DNA of 32,000 bases from Delftia acidovorans NBRC 14950 (GCF_001598795.1 NZ_BCZP01000027.1:30001-62000); one strand, 5' to 3'. Counted from the stretch's first letter, positions 25,354 to 32,000 are shown. Translations and numbers: made by a program. Notes: a model not told the origin generated them from the letters alone.

Positions 25354-25758
25354 ATGTCTTTGCAGAACACGCCGCCGCAAGCTCCTGGCGCGCAATCCAT
25401 TCCGTCTCCGGCCCCGCGCATGCAGCGCATCGAGCTTGCCGAGCTGGATACTGCTGCCCCTTCCCCGGCTTCCTCTGCGGCACCCCAGCCGCTGGTGCCC
25501 AGCCTGCACCCGCTGCACCAGGTCAAGACCACCGTGCAGGTCTGCGTGGGCACTGCCACGCTGACGGTCGGTGAACTGCTGGGCGCCCAGGCACAGCAGG
25601 TGCTGGTGCTGGACACGGCTGTGGAGCAGGCCGTGGACCTGCTGGTGGAAGGCCAGGTGGTTGCGCGTGGGCAACTGGTGGCTGTGGGCGACCGCTTCGC
25701 CGTGCGCCTGACGGAGCTGCCCACGCCGCTGGGACTTCAAGCCAAGGCACATCCATGA
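25354..25758 (+). CDS. fliN: C-ring protein FliN
   Basis: 134 aa from ATG 25354. SpoA domain VKTTVQVCVGTATLTVGELLGAQAQQVLVLDTAVEQAVDLLVEGQVVARGQLVAVGDRFAVRLTEL. Confidence 0.8.
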   Translation: MSLQNTPPQAPGAQSIPSPAPRMQRIELAELDTAAPSPASSAAPQPLVPSLHPLHQVKTTVQVCVGTATLTVGELLGAQAQQVLVLDTAVEQAVDLLVEGQVVARGQLVAVGDRFAVRLTELPTPLGLQAKAHP

Positions 25759-26171
25759 CCGTGGCACTGCCGGAGTCCATCCCCCTGCGCCGTGAGCCAG
25801 CGCCTGTTCCCGGCACGCCCGCCGAGGAACTGGCGTGGATGGGTGTTTTCATCGTCCTGCTGCTGCTGGTCTTCGTGGCTTGGCGCAAGTGCCGGCCGGG
25901 CGGCGCTGCCAGCGAGGGCAAGGCGCCGGCAGCGGGCTGGCTGGGACGGTGGATGGGCAGTCTGCAAAAAAAGCAGGAGCTCCGTACCAGCCTGGTCTCC
26001 AGCGCACGCCTGACGCCCCAGCACAGCGTGCACGAGGTGACCTGGCAGGGCAGGCGGCTGCTGATAGGCTGCGCACCCCAGTCCATCGCCTTGCTGGCCG
26101 AGGCACCGCTGGATGAGAGCGCGGCGCAGCCAGCCCCGTCCACCAACGAAGGCAAGGACGGCACGCCATGA
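25755..26171 (+). CDS. fliO: FliO-like export apparatus assembly protein
   Basis: 138 aa, single TM (WMGVFIVLLLLVFVAW), then LVSSARLTPQHSVHEVTWQGRRLLIGCAPQSIALLAE, which resembles the FliO C-region. Sits between fliN and fliP with ATGA overlaps on both sides. Confidence 0.55.
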   Translation: MTVALPESIPLRREPAPVPGTPAEELAWMGVFIVLLLLVFVAWRKCRPGGAASEGKAPAAGWLGRWMGSLQKKQELRTSLVSSARLTPQHSVHEVTWQGRRLLIGCAPQSIALLAEAPLDESAAQPAPSTNEGKDGTP

Positions 26172-26917
26172 CACAAGCCGCATCTAGCAGCCTGCGTCAG
26201 GGCCTGCGCAGGGCCGCAGCCGTGGGCGCCCTGTTGTTCATGGCGGGCGCCGCCTATGCGCAGGCCAGCGGCAAGGCCGGTGCAGCCACGGAGACATCGC
26301 AGGCCTTGCGTATCGTCATCGGCCTGACCCTGCTGGCCGTGCTGCCCGCCTTGCTGGTCTGCGTGACCAGCTTCCTGCGCATCATCATCGTGCTGTCCAT
26401 GCTGCGCCACGCCATCGGCATGAACGAAACGCCGCCCAACACCGTGCTCATCGGACTGGCGCTGTTCCTCACCATGTTCACCATGGCGCCCGTGCTGGAG
26501 CAGGTCAACCGCGAAGCCGTGCAGCCCTTCATGGAAGGCCGCGCCGGCATGCAGGAAGGCTTTGCCAAGGGCATGGCGCCGCTGCGCGACTTCATGGTGC
26601 GCCAGACGCGCGAGCAGGACCTGGCCCTCATGGTCGAACTGTCCAAGGCCGAGCCGCCCGCGTCCATGGACGACATCAGCAACGTGCAGCTGATTCCGGC
26701 CTTCATGCTGTCCGAGCTGCGCGCCGCCTTCCAGATCGGCTTTGTCGTCTTCCTGCCCTTTCTGCTCATCGACCTGATCGTCTCCAGCGTGCTCATGACG
26801 CTGGGCATGATGATGATGCCGCCCACCACTATCGCCTTGCCCATCAAGGTGCTGATGTTCATCCTCATCGACGGCTGGAGCCTGCTGCTGCGTGCGCTGG
26901 TGGGCAGCTTTCACTGA
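26168..26917 (+). CDS. fliP: Flagellar export apparatus protein FliP
   Basis: Signal-like N-terminus, then SFLRIIIVLSMLRHAIGMNETPPNTVLIGLALFLTMFTMAPV and MMMPPTTIALPIKVLMFILIDGW, which are highly conserved FliP/SctR segments. Confidence 0.95.
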   Translation: MTQAASSSLRQGLRRAAAVGALLFMAGAAYAQASGKAGAATETSQALRIVIGLTLLAVLPALLVCVTSFLRIIIVLSMLRHAIGMNETPPNTVLIGLALFLTMFTMAPVLEQVNREAVQPFMEGRAGMQEGFAKGMAPLRDFMVRQTREQDLALMVELSKAEPPASMDDISNVQLIPAFMLSELRAAFQIGFVVFLPFLLIDLIVSSVLMTLGMMMMPPTTIALPIKVLMFILIDGWSLLLRALVGSFH

Positions 26918-26937
26918 GGCCTGCGCGCTTGCCCGCC

Positions 26938-27789
26938 ATGGCTGCCGCCGCACCTTCCGCAAGCACGGATCTTCTCCTGGAGGAAGAGGCGCAACTGTGG
27001 TCGCGCTGGCGTGGGGCAGGCGATGCGGCGGCCCGCGAGCGGCTGGTGCTGCACTACCTGCCCTTTGCCCGCACCCTCGCTGCCGTGCATTACCGCGGCC
27101 GGATCCACGCCGATGTGGAGTTTGACGACTACCTGCAACTGGCGCGCCTGGGCCTGATGGAGTCCGTGGACCGTTACGAGCCGGAGCGTGGCGCCCAGTT
27201 CAAGACCTATGTGGCCCATCGCATCCGTGGTGCCTTGCTCAACGGCCTGGAGAAAGCCACCGAAAAAAGCCAGCAGATCGCGGCCCGCAAGCGCCTTCAG
27301 GCCGAACGGCTCGAAAGCGTCAAATCTGCGGCGCTGGACGCAGCTGCGTCCCATCCCTGCGATGAAGGCCGAGGGACAACGGCGCGCGGCCCGGTGGCCC
27401 GCTCGCGCCAGAGCACCTTGCTGGCCTACCTGGCCGAAGTCGGCATAGGCATTGCGCTGGGTGTCATGCTGGAGGACACCGGAATGGTCGCCGCCGACGG
27501 GGAATCCGAAGGCGGGGACGTTGCCGCCGTGGCCGCCTCCCCCGACGTGCTGTACTTCCGAAAGACCGAACTGCAACGCTGGCGGGAGCAACTGCGCGAG
27601 GCACTGGCACGGCTGCCAGCCCAGGAGAGCAAGGTCATCCGCTACCACTACCAGCAGGAAATCCCGTTCGAAGAGATTGCCGCCATGCTCGGCGTCTCGC
27701 GCAGCCGGGTCTCGCAGCTGCACCGCCAGGGGTTGGGCAAGTTGCGCCACATGCTAGGACAGGGGCCGCCCTGTGACGTCTTCCTCTAG
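26938..27789 (+). CDS. fliA: FliA/WhiG-type (sigma-28 family) RNA polymerase sigma factor with an extended inter-domain linker
   Basis: Region 2-like DDYLQLARLGLMESVDRYEPERGAQFKTYVAHRIRGALLNGL and region 4 HTH IPFEEIAAMLGVSRSRVSQLHRQGLGKLRHML. 283 aa from ATG 26938; the track start at 26929 is a TTG. Confidence 0.8.
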   Translation: MAAAAPSASTDLLLEEEAQLWSRWRGAGDAAARERLVLHYLPFARTLAAVHYRGRIHADVEFDDYLQLARLGLMESVDRYEPERGAQFKTYVAHRIRGALLNGLEKATEKSQQIAARKRLQAERLESVKSAALDAAASHPCDEGRGTTARGPVARSRQSTLLAYLAEVGIGIALGVMLEDTGMVAADGESEGGDVAAVAASPDVLYFRKTELQRWREQLREALARLPAQESKVIRYHYQQEIPFEEIAAMLGVSRSRVSQLHRQGLGKLRHMLGQGPPCDVFL

Positions 27790-27872
27790 ACGCCTGCCCA
27801 TACCCGCCAATCCCACCACAGCTTCAGCCCCCGTGGCTGCCCTGACAATCACCACCATCCGAGGGAACATCC

Positions 27873-29045
27873 ATGAGCGCACAAACTCCCCAGACTGACG
27901 AAGGCTCCACGGCCAGGCTGGAACGCCTGGAAGCCTATCTGCGTGAAGACCCGTCCAACCCCGGCCTGCTGACCGAGGCCTTTGGGGCGGCGCTGCAGTG
28001 TGCCCAATGGGAGCGTGCCGCCTTTCACCTGCGGCACGCCCAGGCGCTGCAGCCCGGCAACCTGGCCTGGTCGCTGCGCGAAGGCGACCTGCTGCTGGCC
28101 CAGGGCCAGTACCAGCTCGCCGCCGAACTGCTGGATGCCCTGCTGTCGCTGGACGGCGCACCCCGAGAATTCACCGATGCCGTGCTGCACAACTTGGCCT
28201 GGATCGCCTTCCAGGATGGCCGCTACCAGGATTGCGCAGACAGGTTGACTTCCAGGCTGCAGGATCTGGACCACCCTGCGTCGGCCGCATTGGCCCGCCT
28301 GTGGCTGCGTGCATTGCACCATGCAGGCCAGGTCGATCAGGCCGTGGCCTGGGCTGGCGCTGCGGATGCAAGGCAACAACTGCCCGCCGCCGCCGCGGGC
28401 GTGGCCAGCCTCGCAGCCCTGGATGCGGATCAGTTGGAGCGTGCAGGCCAATGGGCCGCCCGTGCGCTGGAGCAGGCCACGCCTGACGACCGCCCCATCG
28501 AGGCCTTGGTCACCCAGTCCTCGCTGGCGCTGGCCCGCCAGGATGCGGCACAGGCCCGCACGCAGGCCCGCGCCGCCCTGCAGATCAGCCCGCGCGATGG
28601 CCGTGCCTGGTCCGCCCATGCCATGGCCGACCTGCTGGCTGGCGACCTGCCCACGGCCCTGGCCCACTTCGACAACGCCCTAGCCACCATGCCCGGCCAT
28701 ATCGGCACCTGGCACGGCAAGGCCTGGGCGCAGCTGCTGTCTTCCGACCTGCAGGGAGCGCAGCGTAGCTTCACCAGCGCGCTGGACCTGGACCGCAACT
28801 TCGCCGAAAGCCATGGCGGCCTGGCCGTGGCCCTGGCCCTGCAGGGCCGCACGGACGAGGCCCAGCAACACATTGAGCGCGCCCTGCGCCTGGACGCCTT
28901 CAACCTCTCCGGACGCTACGCGCAGGCCATCGTGGGTGGAGAGATCCGGGATCTGGAGTCCTTCCAGGCGCTGGCCAAGCGGCTGTTGCGGGGGCAGGAT
29001 GGGTTGCTCAAGGCAGTGCTGGGCGCCTCAAAGGCTGGGCGCTGA
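27873..29045 (+). CDS. TPR-repeat protein, last gene of the cluster
   Basis: 390 aa of helical Ala/Leu-rich repeats with TPR-like spacing (e.g. WHGKAWAQLLSSDLQGAQRSFTSALDLDRNFAESHGGLAVALALQGRTDEAQQHIERALRLD). Confidence 0.7.
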   Translation: MSAQTPQTDEGSTARLERLEAYLREDPSNPGLLTEAFGAALQCAQWERAAFHLRHAQALQPGNLAWSLREGDLLLAQGQYQLAAELLDALLSLDGAPREFTDAVLHNLAWIAFQDGRYQDCADRLTSRLQDLDHPASAALARLWLRALHHAGQVDQAVAWAGAADARQQLPAAAAGVASLAALDADQLERAGQWAARALEQATPDDRPIEALVTQSSLALARQDAAQARTQARAALQISPRDGRAWSAHAMADLLAGDLPTALAHFDNALATMPGHIGTWHGKAWAQLLSSDLQGAQRSFTSALDLDRNFAESHGGLAVALALQGRTDEAQQHIERALRLDAFNLSGRYAQAIVGGEIRDLESFQALAKRLLRGQDGLLKAVLGASKAGR

Positions 29046-31017
29046 GGACTGCCAGAACTGGCGCCGGCAGCACCGAATCCAGGCTGCCCGTGACCCGGCT
29101 CGGGTCATAGGGCTGGAAGGTGTCTGCGTTGTTGGCGTTCAGGGCCAGCTTGGGGATGCTCAGGGTCTGGCCGGCCGTGAGCTCGCCGTCGCCTGAGACA
29201 GCCAGGCCGTTGGCTTCCGCGATGCGCCACCACAGGCTGCTGTCGCCCAGCACGTTGCGGGCAATGGTCTTGAGGGTTTCGCCACCGACCACGGTGTAGC
29301 TCATGGCGCTGAAGCTGGTGTCGCGCAGCTTCAGGGCAGGGGCGTTGAGGTTGAATTCGGCGGTGTTGACGTATTTGGGGACATCTCCAGCCTTGGGCGG
29401 GTTCTCGGAGTCAGGGGCGTCGCCGTAGCGGGCCAGGACTTCGCCGTTGGCCACCAGTTGCCGTTGCACGTGGCCGGGGTTGATGGCGTCGCCGATGAAG
29501 CCGCCGATGTAGCCACCGGGCTCGTTCTGGATGCGGCCGCCCTTGTCGGCCGTGGTGCCGGCGCTCTGGTTGACGTAGAGCGCATTGCCCTGGGCATCAT
29601 TGACGAAGGCCCGGTTGTAGCGGGTGTCGTAGACCTCCCCTTTCTGCTCGATGTTGCTGATGAAGCCGTTGGCGTCGCGCCACGTGTTGGTGGTGGCCGT
29701 GCGGCCGCCCTGGGTGGTGGTGGACTCGGTCTGCTGGTAGCCGCCATTGAACTGGTGCTGGTAGGTGGTGCGCACGGCGTCATTGGTGCGGCCATCGGTG
29801 GTCTGCAGGTTTCCGCGCAGGTTGCCTGCGGCGTCATAGCCCAGAGAGGTGTCGCCGGCAGCGCCGTGGTAGGCGATGTCGATGTGCTGGGTCTTTTGCT
29901 GGTTGTCGGTGCGGCGCATGACCACGCGGGTGTCCTGCAGACGGCCCAGGTTGTCGTACTGGTTGTAGCGGTGTTCGTCGTTCCAGAGATTGTTGCTGCG
30001 GGCCAGCGACATCGCATAAACCTGGCGGCCGGCACCATCGTAGCGGATGGTGTCGGTGCGCTCGGCAATGCCGTAGCCCGAGTAGCTTTCGATCCGGTTC
30101 AGGTCGTCGTAGATGTATTGGTAGGTGCCCCGCGTGTCGGCGACACCGGCCGTGGTGCTTTTCTCGAAGACGGTGTCCTGGATGCGGTTGCCAGCCTGGT
30201 CGTAGAGGTAGTCATGCGACTTGAGCAGGGTGCCGTTGGGGGTGGCACCCTGGTATTCGCGGCTGGCGAGCTGCCGGTTCATGGCGTCGTAGCCGTAGGT
30301 CGTCACGCTTTCGTTGACGAACTGCTGGTACTGGCCCGGGGACTGGTAGGTCTTGCCTTCGTTCTTGATGGTGTAGAGGTTGTTGATGACGCTGGTCTTG
30401 ACCTGGCTGCGATTGCCGGCCAGGTCGTAGCTGATGCGCACGTCGGTGCGGCCATCGAAGCTGGCGCGCAGGCGGTTCTGGGCATCGTAGAACAGGTGGT
30501 TGTCCTGGTAGACCACGTTTTCGATGAGGCCGGAGGACAGCTTGGTCTTCTGGGTGAGCTTTTCGGTGAGTCGGTTGCCGGCCAGGTCATAGGTGTAGCT
30601 GCTGAGCTGGCCCAGGTAGTTGTCCTTGATTTCGATGAGCTGGCCGGCGCCATCGTAGCGGTAGTCCAGGCTCTTGCCCTTGGTGTTGCCCTCATGGGTG
30701 AGCTGGCCGGCCTTGTTGTAGTCGTACTGGTAGTAGACGCGTGCGCCGTTACCCAGCTGCGAGTCGCTGCGGGCTGTCAGGCGGCCGAAGATGTCGTAGC
30801 TCCAGTCCTGGCTCATGAGGTTGGGGTCGGTGAAGCCGATCTTGCGGCCCAGGGCATCGTAGCGGTAGTAGCTGACGTTGCTCATTTCGCCCAGTTTCAT
30901 GGTGGGGTCGGGTAGGGCCAGCGATGCGGTGACCTTGACCTGCTCCTGGCCCAACTTGGCCTTCATCATGCCGCTCGTTCTGTTGCCGAACGGTGCGGAA
31001 ACCTGGGACAGGGTCAA
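29008..31017 (-). CDS. YD/RHS-repeat protein with C-terminal LysM domain; no signal peptide, no recognisable Rhs core-end or toxin
   Basis: About 13 YD repeats, e.g. YYRYDALGRKIGFTD, LDYRYDGAGQLIEIKD, SYTYDLAGNRLTEKL, TIRYDGAGRQVYAMS, YNQYDNLGRLQDTRV. C-terminal LysM: YTVVGGETLKTIARNVLGDSSLWWRIAEANGLAVSGDGELTAGQTLSIPK. The track start at 31017 is a TTG; the first ATGs are at 30969/30966. The 3' end overlaps the TPR gene by 38 nt, convergently. Confidence 0.85.
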   Translation of the reverse strand: MTLSQVSAPFGNRTSGMMKAKLGQEQVKVTASLALPDPTMKLGEMSNVSYYRYDALGRKIGFTDPNLMSQDWSYDIFGRLTARSDSQLGNGARVYYQYDYNKAGQLTHEGNTKGKSLDYRYDGAGQLIEIKDNYLGQLSSYTYDLAGNRLTEKLTQKTKLSSGLIENVVYQDNHLFYDAQNRLRASFDGRTDVRISYDLAGNRSQVKTSVINNLYTIKNEGKTYQSPGQYQQFVNESVTTYGYDAMNRQLASREYQGATPNGTLLKSHDYLYDQAGNRIQDTVFEKSTTAGVADTRGTYQYIYDDLNRIESYSGYGIAERTDTIRYDGAGRQVYAMSLARSNNLWNDEHRYNQYDNLGRLQDTRVVMRRTDNQQKTQHIDIAYHGAAGDTSLGYDAAGNLRGNLQTTDGRTNDAVRTTYQHQFNGGYQQTESTTTQGGRTATTNTWRDANGFISNIEQKGEVYDTRYNRAFVNDAQGNALYVNQSAGTTADKGGRIQNEPGGYIGGFIGDAINPGHVQRQLVANGEVLARYGDAPDSENPPKAGDVPKYVNTAEFNLNAPALKLRDTSFSAMSYTVVGGETLKTIARNVLGDSSLWWRIAEANGLAVSGDGELTAGQTLSIPKLALNANNADTFQPYDPSRVTGSLDSVLPAPVLAVLSAQPLRRPALP

Positions 31018-31383
31018 GCGGCGTGCTTCGGTCGCTTTCGCTTTCTATACCCCAACCTCATGGGTCCGCGTGGACGCGTACCCGGCGCTTGGACCGCTCC
31101 CGCACGAGGTCGGCCTCTGCAACGCTGCGGCAACCCGCCTTGGGGCGGGCGCACCTTCGCGTCAGCACCGGCGCCTGCCGGAGCCGCCCGTTGTACTCTC
31201 GGCAGCAACTCCAACCCATCCCCCGCCCTTCCCAGGGAAGGGCGCGAGTCGCCTTCTGCCGTGTGCGATGCCAGGCCTTCAACGGCCAAGCACCGCACAC
31301 GGCGAGCGTCGGTCGGCACACCACCGCGTCAAGGCCAAGCCCTCACGGGCGGCCGGTGGCCAGTCTGGACCCGGTTGCCGCAG
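31018..31383 (-). other. GC-rich, hairpin-dense non-coding segment (possible structured leader, REP-like element or gene remnant)
   Basis: No plausible ORF; all frames give Arg/Pro/Gly-rich junk. Hairpins seen: 31224-31244 (9-bp stem, 3-nt loop), 31258-31303 (10-bp stem GCCGTGTGCG/CGCACACGGC enclosing GGCC-N6-GGCC), 31134-31149 (CCCGCC-TTGG-GGCGGG) and 31062-31083. Confidence 0.4.
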
Positions 31384-31614
31384 CTAATTTGCTTGGAACT
31401 CAGCAGGTGTCAGAACACGAACACCCGCTGCCAGCATTCGCTTGACTACCTCATCAGCATCCAAATTGTTTTCAATGAGCTTTGCCGCCTTCGCATCAGT
31501 GTTGACTATCAGATATTCCGGCTCACTGCCAGATGCGCCAACATTCATAAGAGCCCACTGCGGCGCAGTCCCATCCCATAAGTATCCATATTGCTGCACT
31601 TGCGCTTCCATCAT
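31384..31614 (-). CDS. Small acidic hypothetical protein (76 aa), possible immunity-type protein
   Basis: ATG ATG start preceded by GGGAG on the minus strand. Lower G+C than neighbouring DNA (27/60 in 31441-31500 by my count). Follows upstream ORFs with overlapping stop/start codons. No family recognised. Confidence 0.5.
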   Translation of the reverse strand: MMEAQVQQYGYLWDGTAPQWALMNVGASGSEPEYLIVNTDAKAAKLIENNLDADEVVKRMLAAGVRVLTPAEFQAN

Positions 31615-31724
31615 TTGCTCCCTGTGACATCCTTGCTGAATCTAACTACATCCTTGCCTACCGGAACAATCTGAGAACTGCGTTGAGGCGAGCCGATGGC
31701 TTCAAGGAAGCGCATAACTTTCAT
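31611..31724 (-). CDS. Possible 37-aa mini-ORF bridging the two flanking ORFs (speculative)
   Basis: My translation is MKVMRFLEAIGSPQRSSQIVPVGKDVVRFSKDVTGSK. Its ATG overlaps the upstream stop (ATGA at 31721-31724) and its TGA overlaps the downstream ATG (ATGA at 31611-31614). There is no other support. Confidence 0.15.
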   Translation of the reverse strand: MKVMRFLEAIGSPQRSSQIVPVGKDVVRFSKDVTGSK

Positions 31725-32000
31725 GTCCTGTGGACTTGTCCATGCAGTTCCACCAGGGTGCGATAAATCAACATCATGTCACTTTGCAATGGAACGTCAA
31801 CGGCTCCCTTTTCGCCAGAATATAAGAAGTACTGCCCTCCACGACTGTTTTGGCCGGGGCCCAGCTTGTAGGTCACTGCAAATTCGACATCATGCTTGAC
31901 CGTCAGAGCTTCCAGCTGCACTGGCGTTGGACGCCCTGGCACTGCCACTCCAGAAATACCAGGTAACCCCTCGCCAACTCTTGCACCGTACAAAAGCCTC
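31721..32000 (-). CDS. 3' end of an ORF running off the window (unknown function; possible C-terminal domain of a polymorphic toxin or other accessory protein)
   Basis: The frame stays open to the window edge, and the track 'M' at 31993 is a TTG codon. The visible C-terminal 90+ aa are ...GRPTPVQLEALTVKHDVEFAVTYKLGPGQNSRGGQYFLYSGEKGAVDVPLQSDMMLIYRTLVELHGQVHRT. G+C is lower than the rest of the window. Confidence 0.4.
   Translation of the reverse strand, partial: RLLYGARVGEGLPGISGVAVPGRPTPVQLEALTVKHDVEFAVTYKLGPGQNSRGGQYFLYSGEKGAVDVPLQSDMMLIYRTLVELHGQVHRT

Noticed and set aside
9444-26962. A series of long minus-strand ORFs across the flagellar-type cluster (9444..10976, 14145..15740, 16526..18112, 19115..20974, 23232..24872, 25523..26962), plus the alternative plus-frame ORFs 8492..9796 and 21736..23277
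   Set aside because: All are antisense or off-frame to ORFs with strong flagellar protein signatures. Their composition is the low-complexity Arg/His/Gly/Gln bias expected from stop-poor GC-rich non-coding frames.
6573-29045. Interpretation of the cluster as a non-flagellar injectisome (virulence T3SS)
   Set aside because: The cluster contains flagellum-specific components (FlgH/FlgI L and P rings with FlgA, FlgBCFG rod, FlgE hook, FlgD, FliE). It lacks a secretin (SctC), needle and translocon genes and injectisome-type chaperones.
29458-30915. 485-aa plus-strand ORF opposite the YD-repeat gene
   Set aside because: Its Val/Ala/Gly-rich repetitive translation mirrors the YD repeats on the other strand. 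The minus-strand frame has unmistakable YD and LysM motifs.
31018-31383. Possibility that the structured GC-rich segment is a cobalamin or c-di-GMP riboswitch, a group II intron domain V/VI, a retron ncRNA or a tRNA
   Set aside because: By eye I found no B12 box, GEMM-type conserved loops, domain V AGC/GNRA features, adjacent reverse transcriptase or T-loop GGTTCGA motif. It is left as an unexplained structured element pending an Rfam scan.

Overview
High-G+C proteobacterial DNA; the codon bias and gene content suggest Burkholderiales/Comamonadaceae, but that is a low-confidence guess. There are three blocks.

(1) 1-6230: two convergent LysR regulators. The second is divergent from a plus-strand operon encoding a small membrane protein, a sodium:solute symporter, a YtcJ-type amidohydrolase and a CobW/COG0523 GTPase.

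(2) 6231-29045: an AT-rich promoter region followed by 25 consecutive, tightly coupled plus-strand genes of a flagellar-type apparatus. The order is fliQ fliR flhB flhA flgF flgG flgA flgH flgI flgB flgC fliE fliF, a short FliG-like gene, fliH fliI fliJ, a FliK-like gene, flgD flgE, a FliM-like gene, fliN fliO fliP, a FliA-type sigma factor and a TPR protein. The cluster encodes the export gate, MS/P/L rings, rod and hook. It has no flagellin, hook-filament junction, cap, stator, FlgJ, FlgM or export-chaperone genes. Its FliG-like protein appears to lack the torque-generating C-terminal domain, and its FliM-like protein lacks the CheY-binding N-terminus. I consider this the most interesting candidate: a possibly non-rotary, filament-less hook-basal-body system. 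The alternative is that it is one part of a split-locus flagellum.

(3) 29008-32000, minus strand: an atypical YD-repeat protein ending in a LysM domain, a hairpin-dense GC-rich non-coding stretch, and a lower-G+C, translationally coupled module of small ORFs that may be a toxin/immunity cassette and runs off the window.

No rRNA, tRNA, CRISPR array or transposase was recognised. All calls come from reading the ORF translations and the DNA by eye; no searches were run.
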